Below, piece by piece: positions 50,612 through 60,920 of a DNA stretch of 64,000 nucleotides (position 1 is the stretch's first letter; each line of letters starts with the position of its first letter). The translations under genes and the position numbers were made by a program. The stretch spans positions 96,001 through 160,000 of the forward strand of contig CAWIXE010000003.1 in NCBI GenBank assembly GCA_963840035.1. Direction: 5' to 3'. This stretch comes from a candidate division FCPU426 bacterium. Lineage in GTDB: Bacteria > Oederibacteriota > PGYV01 > Palsa-1178. The notes under the pieces are model-generated. The model made no database searches and was not told the origin of the DNA. It worked only from the letters and a program-made list of their open reading frames with translations.

Positions 50612-51757
50612 ATGAAAAAGGCATTAATCTATGTTGTGTTGATATCATCTTTTTTTGCGCCGCTTTTTGCCGGGGATGACGCGGAGACGGTTAACGTGCT
50701 TTGCTACCACAGGTTCCAGCCGCGCAGCCCGGGAAGCGTAAAAAACAAGGTTTACGGCGATACATACTCGGTTAATATGGATGATTTTGAAAAACAGATG
50801 CAGTTTTTAAAAGACGGCGGTTATACTGTCGTGCCCATGAAGAGCCTTCTGGGATGGATAGACGGCAGGGAAAAACTGCCGGAAAAAGCCGTGGTTATAA
50901 CCGTTGATGACGGATACAGCTCGGTTTATACAAAGGCATTCCCGTTATTAAAGGAATTGAAATACCCGTTTACGCTTTACCTTTACCCCCAGTTTTACCC
51001 TGCGGCCGGAAGTTCCCTGAAGCCGGACGCTGTAAAAAAAATGCGTGAAAGCGGCCTGGTGGATTTCGGGTCGCACTCTATGACACATCCGATATTGACC
51101 CGGTGGGGCAACAAGAGCGAAAAGGAGTACCTGGATTTTCTGAAAAAAGAGATTGTTGATTCAAAGGCGGAACTTGAAAAAAAGCTGGGGTTTGAAGTGG
51201 ATACCATAGCGTACCCTTTCGGCACATATTCGGCAAACACCCTGCCTTTTGCGGTGAAAGCCGGCTACAAAGCCGGGTTCTCGGTGGTGGCATCATACTG
51301 CATGAAGACAGACAACAGGTATGCCCTGAAGAGGACTATGATATTTAACAAGACATCAATAAAGCGTTTTCAGGAGATACTGGAAAAAAAGCCCCTTAAA
51401 ATAAAAGTTGTTTCCCCTTATGACGGTGATATAATAAACGAACGCATGCCGGAACTTTCGGCTGTTATTGAGGATGATTCCATGATAAATACGGCCACAG
51501 TCATGTTTACCATGGGAAACGAGGCTGTACGAGACAGCGCGTATGATACGGCAACTAAGACGCTCACGCACAAATACACCCGCAAACTGCCCCGCGGCCT
51601 TCACGAGGCCAGGGTTACTGCGGATGGCAAAGACGGCGGCAAATATGAATACGCCTGGATGTTTCTTATAGGAAGGGCCGCTGACAAAGACGCCACAGAA
51701 GCCGCAATAGCGGGCATTAACATTGAAAAAGGAGAAGATAATGCAGAAAAAAGATAA
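50612..51757 (+). CDS. Polysaccharide deacetylase (NodB/CE4) with C-terminal beta domain
   Basis: VLCYH, ITVDDGY, SHSMTH, AYPFG. Confidence 0.9.
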   Translation: MKKALIYVVLISSFFAPLFAGDDAETVNVLCYHRFQPRSPGSVKNKVYGDTYSVNMDDFEKQMQFLKDGGYTVVPMKSLLGWIDGREKLPEKAVVITVDDGYSSVYTKAFPLLKELKYPFTLYLYPQFYPAAGSSLKPDAVKKMRESGLVDFGSHSMTHPILTRWGNKSEKEYLDFLKKEIVDSKAELEKKLGFEVDTIAYPFGTYSANTLPFAVKAGYKAGFSVVASYCMKTDNRYALKRTMIFNKTSIKRFQEILEKKPLKIKVVSPYDGDIINERMPELSAVIEDDSMINTATVMFTMGNEAVRDSAYDTATKTLTHKYTRKLPRGLHEARVTADGKDGGKYEYAWMFLIGRAADKDATEAAIAGINIEKGEDNAEKR

Positions 51758-52499
51758 AAAAAGCGAGTACGACCTGCGGGAGAAACTGATATTAAGCGTG
51801 GACCTGGATGACGCGGCCGCGGCGTATAACCTCATAGACAAGCTTGCCGCGTATGTAAAGTATTATAAGATCGGGCTGCAGCTGATCACAAAAGACGGCC
51901 CGCGCATGGTCATGACCCTTAAAAGAAAGGGCCTGAAGATTTTTTATGACGCGAAATTCTACGACATACCGCAGACCGTATATAACGCCGCTTACGAGGC
52001 CACCAGGCTCGGCGTTAACATGATGAACGTGCACGCTTCCGGCGGGCCGGAGATGATAGCCCGCGCCAAGGAAGCCATAAACGCGGCCTCTGACAAGCTG
52101 CAGGTGGAAAAGCCCCTGCTGCTGGCAGTGACCGTGCTTACTTCCATGGAAACAAAAGATTTAAAAAAGATACTTGATGTCAAATTAAGCGCGAAGGATA
52201 TGGTCCTAAGGCTTGCCGCCATGGCGAAAAAAGCCGGGGCAGACGGAGTGGTGTGCTCGCCCCAGGAAATAAAAATGATAAAAAAAGAGCTTGGCGCTGA
52301 TTTTATTGTCGTCACCCCGGGCATCAGGCTGGATAACTCGAAGAAACACGACCAGAAGAGGGTTATGAACCCGAAGGAAGCCATAGCGGCAGGGGCTGAT
52401 TATATAGTTGTCGGAAGGCCCATACTGGAAGCTGATAATAAACTTGAAGCTGTGGAAAAAATATTAAAAATGATAAAAGAGGGATACAACAATGAATAG
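51741..52499 (+). CDS. pyrF: Orotidine-5'-phosphate decarboxylase
   Basis: KIG, DAKFYDIPQT, VTVLTS, VTPGIR, VVGRPI. Confidence 0.95.
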   Translation: MQKKDKKSEYDLREKLILSVDLDDAAAAYNLIDKLAAYVKYYKIGLQLITKDGPRMVMTLKRKGLKIFYDAKFYDIPQTVYNAAYEATRLGVNMMNVHASGGPEMIARAKEAINAASDKLQVEKPLLLAVTVLTSMETKDLKKILDVKLSAKDMVLRLAAMAKKAGADGVVCSPQEIKMIKKELGADFIVVTPGIRLDNSKKHDQKRVMNPKEAIAAGADYIVVGRPILEADNKLEAVEKILKMIKEGYNNE

Positions 52500-53079
52500 C
52501 GAAAAAGTACTGGCAGTATTCAGGAAAGCAAACTCACTTCTGGCAGGGCACTTTCTTCTGACCTCCGGCAAGCACTCGAGCGTGTACCTGGAAAAGTTCA
52601 TGGTATTGCAGCAGCCAAAGTCCACGGAAAAACTGTGCAAGCAGATAGCAAACCACTTTAAGAAGAAAAAAATAGACGTTGTACTGGGCGCCGCTGTCGG
52701 CGGGATTATCATAGCGTATGAAACGGCCAGGCACCTGGGCACGCGCGCCATATTTATGGAGCGGGAGGAAGGCAAGCTCAAACTGCGCAGGAACTTTGAG
52801 ATAAAGGAAGGCGAGAATGTACTCATAGTGGAGGACATTGTGACTACCGGCGGATCGGTACAGGAACTACTTGATGAGCTTAAAGCCAGCCATAAGTGCA
52901 ATGTCGCGGGCATAGGCATATTCATAGACCGCAGCAACGGGAAGGCTGACTTTGGAGTGGCAGACACATACGCCCTGGCAAAGCTGGACGTAAAAGCGTA
53001 TGACGAGAAAGAGTGCCCGCTGTGCAAGGAAGGCACGCCGCTTACAAAAAGGGGAAGCAAGTACCTGGCAAAAAAGTAG
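52492..53079 (+). CDS. pyrE: Orotate phosphoribosyltransferase
   Basis: GHFLLTSGKHS, VLIVEDIVTTGGS. Confidence 0.95.
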   Translation: MNSEKVLAVFRKANSLLAGHFLLTSGKHSSVYLEKFMVLQQPKSTEKLCKQIANHFKKKKIDVVLGAAVGGIIIAYETARHLGTRAIFMEREEGKLKLRRNFEIKEGENVLIVEDIVTTGGSVQELLDELKASHKCNVAGIGIFIDRSNGKADFGVADTYALAKLDVKAYDEKECPLCKEGTPLTKRGSKYLAKK

Positions 53080-53138
53080 GATTTTAAATTGCGGTTTGTG
53101 GTAATATGGAATTAATGCTGTGATAGTAACAAGTTTGT

Positions 53139-53245
53139 TGTCATTGCGAGGAGCCGTTTTTGTTTCACGGCGACGAAGCAATCTTGTCAAAAACAGCGGG
53201 ATTGCTTCGTCGGCATGGATCTGAAGGCGCCTCCTCGCAATGGCA
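53139..53245. repeat. GTCATTGCGAG palindromic element
   Basis: tgtcattgcgaggag..cgacgaagcaatc..gattgcttcgtcg..ctcctcgcaatggca. Confidence 0.92.
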
Positions 53246-53308
53246 CGGTTTATTTGTTGCAACAGGCAGAAAAGAAGCATAAAACTGATTGGTGCGCGGA
53301 GGTTTTGA

Positions 53309-54595
53309 ATGAAAATTTGCGTAATAGGAACCGGTTACGTCGGGCTGGTAACGGGTGTGTGCATAGCTGACCTCGGAAATAATATCACATGCGTCGACAT
53401 TGACGAGAAAAAAATAAATAACCTGAAAAAAGGCATACTTCCCATATATGAGCCGGGGCTTGACGACCTGCTCAAGCGCAATAAAAAAAGGATCAAGTTT
53501 ACGACCAGCATCAAAGACGGTATAAGGGAAGCGTCCATTATCTTTATCGCGGTCGGAACCCCGCCCACAAAAACGGGCGAAGCTGACCTGACTTTTGTAA
53601 AGTCCGTCGCGAAAGAGATAGGCAAAAATATGAAATCCAGCAAAATTATTGTGGACAAGTCCACTGTACCTGCCGGAACCGGCGACATAGTCGAAAGCAT
53701 CATAGAGGAATACTCAAAGGGAAAATATAAGTTTGATGTCGCGTCATGCCCCGAGTTTTTAAAAGAGGGAAGCGCGATAAATGACTTTATGAATCCTGAC
53801 AGGGTTGTGATTGGGGCCAAAAGGAAGGAAGCCGCGGAAAAAGTCGCGGAGATATTCAAGCCGCTTAACACAAAGATAATAATATCCGACATCAGGAGCG
53901 CGGAGATGATAAAACACGCGTCAAATACCTTCCTTGCCATGAAGATATCATTTATAAACGAAGTGGCGAACATCTGCGAGAGGGTGGGAGCTGACGTCGA
54001 GACAGTCGCCAACGGAATGGGGCTCGACAAGAGGATTGGCAGGATGTTTTTAAACGCGGGCGCGGGATACGGCGGTTCCTGTTTTCCCAAGGACGTCGCG
54101 GCCCTGCAGTGCATAGCAAGAAGCGAGAACTACGAGCCCATACTTTTAAGCGCGGTCATGGAAGTTAACAGGCAGCAGAGGAAAGTGCTCCTGAACAAGA
54201 TAAAAAACATGATGGGGACCCTGGAAGGCAGGCAGATAGGCGTCCTCGGAATTGCTTTTAAGCCGAATACCGACGACATAAGGGACGCTGTTGCCATAGA
54301 CATAATAGAAGCGCTCCTTGAAAAGGGATGCAGGATAAAAGCGTACGACCCGGTTGCCATGCCGAACGCGAAAAAAGCGCTAAAAGGCGTTACGTTCTCA
54401 AAGGACGCTTATGCCGCGGCTGAGAATGCGGAATGCCTTGTCATACTTACCGAATGGAACGAGTTCAAGGAACTTGACATAAAGAAGATAAAAAGCCTTA
54501 TGAAAAAACCGGCCATTGTGGACGGAAGGAACATCTACGACCCGGCGAAGATGAAGAAGATGGGGTTTGAGTATACGGGGATAGGAAGAAACTAA
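53309..54595 (+). CDS. ugd: UDP-glucose 6-dehydrogenase
   Basis: GTGYVG, DKSTVP, PEFLKEG, GYGGSCFPKD, FKPNTDD, DGRN. Confidence 0.93.
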   Translation: MKICVIGTGYVGLVTGVCIADLGNNITCVDIDEKKINNLKKGILPIYEPGLDDLLKRNKKRIKFTTSIKDGIREASIIFIAVGTPPTKTGEADLTFVKSVAKEIGKNMKSSKIIVDKSTVPAGTGDIVESIIEEYSKGKYKFDVASCPEFLKEGSAINDFMNPDRVVIGAKRKEAAEKVAEIFKPLNTKIIISDIRSAEMIKHASNTFLAMKISFINEVANICERVGADVETVANGMGLDKRIGRMFLNAGAGYGGSCFPKDVAALQCIARSENYEPILLSAVMEVNRQQRKVLLNKIKNMMGTLEGRQIGVLGIAFKPNTDDIRDAVAIDIIEALLEKGCRIKAYDPVAMPNAKKALKGVTFSKDAYAAAENAECLVILTEWNEFKELDIKKIKSLMKKPAIVDGRNIYDPAKMKKMGFEYTGIGRN

Positions 54596-54596
54596 T

Positions 54597-54680
54597 AAAC
54601 TTGAAACTTAAAGCTGAAAACTGAAAATTAGAACGGATTGTCTTAGTCTCAACTTTAAGTTTTCAATTTTAAACTTTAAG
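54597..54680. repeat. Inverted heptamer array (AAACTTA family, degenerate)
   Basis: aaacttg aaactta aagctga aaactga / ttaagtt ttcaatt ttaaact ttaag. Confidence 0.75.
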
Positions 54681-54698
54681 ATAAAACGAGGTGTAAAG

Positions 54699-54977
54699 AT
54701 GTCAAAGAACAAAAACAAAGAAACAAAGCAGGCTGCGCCGGTAAAAGAGGGCGGGGAGTTTACTTTTAAGGATTACTTTTATGTGAACCTGATGTTCTGG
54801 GGATTCCTCCTCGTGGTGGCGCTTATTGTATATTTTACCGCCGGCGCGAAATGGGATCCGATCATGCAGAATGTTTTTACATTCATATTCCTGGTTTTCG
54901 GGTTAGGATTTACGGGTGTCTCGGTATTTGACGCCATCTATGAAAAACTTTCAAAAGGCAGCGCTGATGAGAAATAA
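54699..54977 (+). CDS. Small two-TM hypothetical protein
   Basis: gaggtg RBS; two hydrophobic helices. Confidence 0.75.
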   Translation: MSKNKNKETKQAAPVKEGGEFTFKDYFYVNLMFWGFLLVVALIVYFTAGAKWDPIMQNVFTFIFLVFGLGFTGVSVFDAIYEKLSKGSADEK

Positions 54978-55716
54978 GTTTTTCATCATAGCGGCGCTTC
55001 TTTTATCCGCGGCGGCAATTAACGCGGAGACCATGATCTTAGAGGATGAGTCACCAAGGCAGGCCCCGGTACCCGGAGCCACAGCCGTAAAAACGGCGGT
55101 TGTTAAGCCTGCTGCCACGGCGGCTATTCAGCCTGCGCAGGTAAAACCGGCAGTTACAGCGGCAGTACAGCCCACACAGGTGAAACCCGCCCCAACGGCC
55201 CAGCCGACGCAGTTTCCGGCCGAGGATTTAAAGCCGAGGATTGAAGCGCTTAAGAATTCGCTAGATGCCATAAAAACCCAGGCAGAGGCAAACGCGGCGC
55301 TGGTAAAGGAAATGCAGGAGAATCTGAAAAAGGTTGAATCGCGTTCGCTGGAAACCCAGACCACCGTGGAAAACCTCGACCTGCTTAAGTCAAAAGTTCT
55401 TACCCTTGAGGAAAAGGGCTCGGAAACACGCGCGTCCATAGAAAAATATTCGAAGGATTTTGACTCCATGAAAGAATCGGTAAAGTCAAACGTGGATAAA
55501 CTGCAGGGATGGAACGACATACTTGAAGTCCTTAAAAAACAGATAAATGACAATGAACTTGAGGTCGCCAAAATAAAAAAGACCATAAATGACGTAAAAG
55601 GCAAATACGGCGACCAGGATGAGAACATGTTCAGTTCCATTCTGAAATGGCCGTATGCCGGTTTCACGGCGCTGGTGATTTCGATAGTGGCTTTAAGCGT
55701 GGCGATAGCGAAGTAA
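54967..55716 (+). CDS. Exported protein with P/T/A-rich repeats, coiled coil and C-terminal membrane anchor
   Basis: Signal peptide MRNKFFIIAALLLSAAAINA; VKPA..TA..QP.Q x3; heptad region; terminal TM. Confidence 0.78.
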   Translation: MRNKFFIIAALLLSAAAINAETMILEDESPRQAPVPGATAVKTAVVKPAATAAIQPAQVKPAVTAAVQPTQVKPAPTAQPTQFPAEDLKPRIEALKNSLDAIKTQAEANAALVKEMQENLKKVESRSLETQTTVENLDLLKSKVLTLEEKGSETRASIEKYSKDFDSMKESVKSNVDKLQGWNDILEVLKKQINDNELEVAKIKKTINDVKGKYGDQDENMFSSILKWPYAGFTALVISIVALSVAIAK

Positions 55717-55740
55717 GGTGTGATGAAGCGGGATTAAGGC

Positions 55741-55807
55741 AGTTTTAAGTTTTTAGTTTTAAGATAGGTCTTCAACATCTTAAAACTTAAAACTTAAAAC
55801 TTAAAAT
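55741..55807. repeat. Inverted heptamer array (AAGTTTT family)
   Basis: agtttt aagtttt tagtttt aagat / atctt aaaactt x3 aaaat. Confidence 0.92.
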
Positions 55808-55827
55808 CTGTGTTTAAAGGAGCAAAA

Positions 55828-56689
55828 ATGCCGTTTAGCATGACCGGTTGGGGGACTTACAGGGCTGGAAAATATACCATTAACTTAAAGGGGCTTAATT
55901 CAAAATATAAGGAAGTGGTGCTTCACCTGCCTCAGGAATTCTTTGAGGCTGAGCCGTATATATATAAATTTCTCAATGACAGTGTGACCCGCGGCAGGGT
56001 GGACATGTTTGTGAACCTTGACAAGAGCAACCTTCAAAAACACGTCCATGTAAATGAAGGGTTGTTTAAGGAGGCATATGCTTCACTGACGAAACTCATG
56101 AAAAAGTCAAAGATAAAAGGCGAGATACCGGTACAGACCGTGCTCAATTCGGTGGAAGGCATCATCATGGTAAAGGACGCCGAAGCAAAGGACTCTTTCT
56201 CGTGGAAAAAGATAAAACCCGCGGTAGAGGCGGCATTGGCGGATTTCATGAAAATGAAGGAAAAGGAAGCGCAGGGCCATGTGGCGGACATAGAAGAAAG
56301 GCTTGCTATAATAGAAAAAGAGACCGAGAAGCATAAAAAAGATGTATGTTGATTTCAAGGAAGAATACATAATCAAGACAAGAGAACGTCTTGAGGTTGT
56401 AATGGCCAAGGAAAACAGGCAGGGATTTTTAAATACAGAGGCTGTCGAAGTCCTGGATAAATACAACATAACCGAGGAACTCGTAAGGATAGGCTCGCAT
56501 GTAAAACAGGCGTTGTCGATATTAAAATCACCGGCCGCGGGCAGGAAACTTGATTTTCTTGCCCAGGAGTTTTACAGGGAAGCAAACACCATCGGCTCCA
56601 AGATAAACAACGCTAAGATAGCGCACGCGGTAATAGTGCTGAAAGAAAATACGGAAAAGATCAGGGAACAGGCGATGAATCTCGAATAA
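55828..56689 (+). pseudogene. yicC: YicC/YloC endoribonuclease family, split by a 1-bp frameshift near 56335; may be an assembly error
   Basis: SMTGWG, RGRVD; +1 frame continues ITEELVR, GRKLDFLAQEFYREANTIGSK, EKIREQAMNLE. Confidence 0.85.
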
Positions 56690-56775
56690 AATTACCAATT
56701 ACTAATGACTAATTACCAATAAAGTACAGGTAATCCCGCAGTTTATTGGTAATTAGTAATTGGTAATTAGTAATT
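56690..56775. repeat. Inverted heptamer array (AATTACC family)
   Basis: aattacc aattact aatgact aattacc aataaa / tttatt ggtaatt agtaatt ggtaatt agtaatt. Confidence 0.93.
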
Positions 56776-56789
56776 ACGCGGAGGTAATT

Positions 56790-57065
56790 TTGCTGTTGAA
56801 TGTAGGCTTTGACAACGCGGTTGTAATCGACAGGATTATTGCCATAATCGATGTAAGTTCAACACCCGTGAAAAGGATGATAGAGGACGCCAGGAAAAAT
56901 TTTCTTCTGGTGGACGCGACCCACGGCAAGAAAATAAAGTCGGTTGTTGTGATGGATTCAAACCACTGTGTTTTATCGGCGATACTGCCGGAAACGCTTA
57001 TCTTAAGATGCGGCAACAGGGATAAACAGCCTGATAAAAAAATAAAGGAACCGGATAAAAAATGA
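56790..57065 (+). CDS. remA: RemA/DUF370 family protein
   Basis: LNVGFDN, RIIAI, VDATHGKK, LSAILPET; sits between yicC and gmk; TTG start assumed. Confidence 0.85.
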   Translation: MLLNVGFDNAVVIDRIIAIIDVSSTPVKRMIEDARKNFLLVDATHGKKIKSVVVMDSNHCVLSAILPETLILRCGNRDKQPDKKIKEPDKK

Positions 57066-57643
57066 AGAACAAGGGAATAGTATTCGTTGTTTCCGCCCCT
57101 TCCGGGACAGGGAAAACAACGGTAATAAACGAATTTCTCCGTACTCATAAGAGCGATTTTACGGTGTCTGTTTCCGTAACCACCAGGCATCCGCGCGCCG
57201 GCGAGGTTGACGGCAGCCATTATTACTTTTTTACAAAGGAAAAGTTCAGGGAATACGTCAAAAAGGGCAGGTTTCTGGAATACGCGCCGGTCCTTGATAA
57301 CTATTATGGCACCTTAAAATCTACGGTTATAAAGTCCACTGTGGCCGGAAAAAATGTTATAATGGACATTGACGTGCAGGGAGCCAGGCAAATAAAGGCA
57401 AAAATGAAGGATTGCGTAACGGTATTTATCATACCCCCTTCCTTCAGGGTTTTGGAGAAAAGGCTCAAAGGCCGCAAGACGGAAACAGCTGAAAACATTA
57501 GGAAAAGGCTCAATCTGGCAAAAAAAGAATTGAAAGAACGCGGAAAGTATGATTATATAATAATGAACCAGGACCTTAAGGAGGCTACCGGATACCTGGA
57601 GGCTATATACGCTTTGGAGCGGTTTAAGAGGTACGTAGTTTAG
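57062..57643 (+). CDS. gmk: Guanylate kinase
   Basis: SAPSGTGKTT, TTRHPRAGEVDG, YYGT, DIDVQGA. Confidence 0.96.
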   Translation: MKNKGIVFVVSAPSGTGKTTVINEFLRTHKSDFTVSVSVTTRHPRAGEVDGSHYYFFTKEKFREYVKKGRFLEYAPVLDNYYGTLKSTVIKSTVAGKNVIMDIDVQGARQIKAKMKDCVTVFIIPPSFRVLEKRLKGRKTETAENIRKRLNLAKKELKERGKYDYIIMNQDLKEATGYLEAIYALERFKRYVV

Positions 57644-57646
57644 CAG

Positions 57647-57760
57647 GTCATTGCGAGGAGGCGTTTTAGCTATTTGCCGACGAAGCAATCCTGCTGTTGT
57701 AATACGTAAAAAGCGAGATTGCTTCGTCGCCATGGATCTAAGGCGGCTCCTCGCAATGAC
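57647..57760. repeat. GTCATTGCGAG palindromic element inside an operon
   Basis: gtcattgcgaggagg..cgacgaagcaatc..gattgcttcgtcg..ctcctcgcaatgac. Confidence 0.92.
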
Positions 57761-57816
57761 AGACTTTGAAATCACAGGCTGGCGGTCAAACCGCGGCTAA
57801 AACTGAAGGAGCACAT

Positions 57817-58044
57817 ATGAAAAAGTTTGATTTTACAATTCAGGACCTGAAATCCAAGATCGGAAACAAGTACGCCGCTGTTATCATCATTGCCGCAAGG
57901 GCAAAGGCCATAAGGGAAAATCCGGCCGATGTAGATGAGACAGACAGGAAGAAAAAAGCCACCGTAACTGCGGTTAAAGAGTTCTTAAACGACAAGATTA
58001 AGTTCCCTGAATTTGACCTTGAAAAAATAAACATCGGGGATTAA
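57817..58044 (+). CDS. rpoZ: RNA polymerase omega subunit
   Basis: NKYAAVIIIAARAK, KATVTAVKE; gmk-rpoZ-coaBC synteny. Confidence 0.85.
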   Translation: MKKFDFTIQDLKSKIGNKYAAVIIIAARAKAIRENPADVDETDRKKKATVTAVKEFLNDKIKFPEFDLEKINIGD

Positions 58045-58051
58045 ACCTAAT

Positions 58052-59244
58052 ATGACACGCGTTGTCCTCGGCATTACAGGCGGGATAGCCGCGTACAAGA
58101 CCCCGGACCTCGTAAGGATGCTCACGGGGGACGGCATTGAGACCCTGTGCGTCATGACAAAGGAAGCCAGGGAATTTGTAACGCCGCTTACATTGCGTAC
58201 CTTGTCAGGCAATCCGGTTTTTGAAGACATGTTCTTTGAGTCCAAAAACCCGGGCTCAAACGTCACCCATATAGGCCTTGCGCAGAACTGCTCCCTTATC
58301 ATCATTGCCCCGGCTACGGCTAATGTTATCGGAAAGATAGCCAACGGCATCGCGGACGACCTTTTAACCACCACTGTAATGGCCACGGACAAGAAAGTGC
58401 TTATAGCCCCGGCCATGAACACCAAAATGTGGGAAAACCCGATAGTCAGGCAGAATGTTGAAAAGCTGAAAAAACTCGGGTACATATTCATAGGCCCGGG
58501 CAAAGGCGAGCTTGCCTGCGGCGATTACGGCGACGGGCGCATGGAAGAACCGGGAAAAATATTTGAGAAAGCAAAGTCATTATTAAAAAAAAAATAGCTG
58601 ACACTTCCAGCCCGAAAAAAACAATACTCATAACCTCCGGGGCCACCCGCGAGTATATTGATTCAGTCCGTTTTATTTCAAACCCTTCATCCGGAAAAAC
58701 CGGTTATTACCTTGCCATGGAAGCGGTATCGCGCGGATATAAGGTGATATTCATAACCGGCACATCGGGCGCCAGGCCTGAGGGCGCTGACGTAGTGGAA
58801 ACGGAATCAGCTGCGGACATGTTCGCCGCTGTGATGGAAAATTATAAAAAAGCCGACATCATCATAGGCGCCGCTGCAGTCGGGGATTTTACGGCAGACA
58901 GGGCAGCCGGCAAGATAAAAAGAAAAGGCGCTATGACACTGGAATTAAAACCCACCAAAGACATTATGGCCGCAGTCGGCAAAAAGAAGGGACGCCGGGT
59001 GCTCGTGGGTTTTTCCGCTGAAGCCGGGCATATGCGCGGCGAGGCAATCAGGAAAATATCCGCAAAGAACCTCGACATGGCGGTCTTTAACGACATTACT
59101 AAAAAAGGCGCCGGGTTCGGGTCTGACAACAATGAGATTGAGATAATAGGCAGGGACGGAAAAAAACTTTACAAAGGCGCCGGACCCAAGAGCAAGCTGG
59201 CCGGGATAATACTTGATTTTGCCGGAAAGGCCGGATTAAAATGA
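58052..59244 (+). CDS. coaBC: Bifunctional CoaBC with frames disjoined at an A10 run (58585-58594)
   Basis: GITGGIAAYK, APATAN, PAMN, LACGDYG; -1 frame continues ITSGATREYIDSVRFISNPSSG, AAAVGDF, VGFSAE. Confidence 0.88.
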
Positions 59245-60902
59245 AAAAAACAGCCCTTCTGATAATGTTAATGTTCATGGCGGGAGCGGTTTTCTGCGCT
59301 GCCAATAAAGTATCGGGGCTTCCAAAGCACGGCGGGGAAGTGCTGGTAATTTATAAAAATGTTTTCAGCGAGGCGGACATAAGCGGTTTCCTGAAGAACC
59401 ACCCTTCAAAAGATGCTTCAAGAGTTTCAATTATTTCAACATTTGAAAACTATTACGGCCTGACAAAACAGCCGGATCCGCAGGGGAATACCCTTTTTGT
59501 CCGTTATAAAATAGCTGACCCCGGCGCAATGGACACGGTTTTATCAGCGCTTAAATCAGAGGCATTAGTGGCGGATGCCCAGCCTAATTTTATCAGGCAC
59601 GCGCTTTATATGGGGGATTACCCGTTAATCCCGGGCGGGCCGAATGATACTTTCTATCAGAATAAAAACCAGTGGGGTTTCTCGCAGGTAAGGGCTGATA
59701 AAGCTTTTGCAGCGGGGCTTATACCATTCACGGCATCTCCCGTAAAAGTTACGGTGGCTGTCCTGGATACAGGTATTTATTTCAACCATGTGGATTTGAT
59801 AGGAGTGACCGTAACCGGCAGGAACATACTCTCGCCAGGAGATGAACCCCTTGACGATGATACAGGTTCAAGGGGAGGCCATGGAACGAGGCTTTCCGGC
59901 ATCATAGCGGCAAACACAAATAATAGCGGAATAGGGATAGCCGGTTCGGCATACTGTAATGTAACTTGGACAAGCAGGGTAGTTATAATGCCGGTTAAAG
60001 TACTGGACGCTACCGGCTCTGGCACTGATTCTGACATATATGAGGGAATAGTGTGGGCTGTGGACAACGGAGCAAAGGTCATAAATTTGAGCCTTGGCAG
60101 CCCTGATGGCGGAATAATACTGCAGACAGCCGTTAATTACGCGTACGACAATAATGTGGTGGTCGTGGCGACCACAGGCAATGACGCGTCGCAGACATTT
60201 TTTCCCGCGGGATACTCGACCGTCATCGCAGTAGGCGCGACTGACCTTGTTGCCGATATAAACGGAAATACGCATGATATCAGCGCTGATTTTTCCAACT
60301 TCGGCAAGGTTGACGTGTCGGCGCCCGGCGTGGATATTAAAAGCTGTATGAACAGTTCCACAACTTCCTATAGTGTGCTGGGGGACATGTCTTCGGACGG
60401 AACATCATATGCTTCGCCGTTTGTAGCGGGCTTAGCCGGACTCATACTGTTAAAGTATCCCGGATTAAACCCCGGGGAAGTAAGGGATATAATAACAAAA
60501 ACAAGCGACGACGCCGGAGCTGCCGGGTATGATAAATACTTTGGCTGGGGCAGGGTTAACTTTTACAGGGCCCTGACACTGGACAAAAAGATGAATATAA
60601 ATCCGTCAATTAAAACATTCAACTGGCCCAACCCCTTCTCCCCGGAAATGGAAGGGTTTACAAACATCGTATTTATCCCTGAAAAAGCCGGCAACATAAA
60701 AATTACCATTTATGACGGCGGCGGGGATGTGGTCTGGGAAAATGATATAAACAGCGGCGCCGTAACGCCGGGCGCGTATAATACCGTCAAATGGGACGGC
60801 CTTAATAAGGAAGCCAGAAAAGTTGCGAACGGAACATATTTTTATGTGGTAAAGCAGGGAAGCGGTTTATTCGGGAAAAACAAGATAACGGTACTGCATT
60901 AA
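59241..60902 (+). CDS. S8 subtilisin-like protease with FlgD-Ig/T9SS-CTD-like C-terminus
   Basis: VAVLDTG, HGT, NLSLG, GTSYASP; NWPNPFSP...WDG...NGTYFY. Confidence 0.9.
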   Translation: MKKTALLIMLMFMAGAVFCAANKVSGLPKHGGEVLVIYKNVFSEADISGFLKNHPSKDASRVSIISTFENYYGLTKQPDPQGNTLFVRYKIADPGAMDTVLSALKSEALVADAQPNFIRHALYMGDYPLIPGGPNDTFYQNKNQWGFSQVRADKAFAAGLIPFTASPVKVTVAVLDTGIYFNHVDLIGVTVTGRNILSPGDEPLDDDTGSRGGHGTRLSGIIAANTNNSGIGIAGSAYCNVTWTSRVVIMPVKVLDATGSGTDSDIYEGIVWAVDNGAKVINLSLGSPDGGIILQTAVNYAYDNNVVVVATTGNDASQTFFPAGYSTVIAVGATDLVADINGNTHDISADFSNFGKVDVSAPGVDIKSCMNSSTTSYSVLGDMSSDGTSYASPFVAGLAGLILLKYPGLNPGEVRDIITKTSDDAGAAGYDKYFGWGRVNFYRALTLDKKMNINPSIKTFNWPNPFSPEMEGFTNIVFIPEKAGNIKITIYDGGGDVVWENDINSGAVTPGAYNTVKWDGLNKEARKVANGTYFYVVKQGSGLFGKNKITVLH

Positions 60903-60920
60903 AGTGCGTATGAGAAAAAG

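Noticed and set aside
57314..57775. ORF beginning VIARSRLRSMATKQS (also 52867-53280)
   Set aside because: Derived from the GTCATTGCGAG repeat and antisense to gmk or pyrE.
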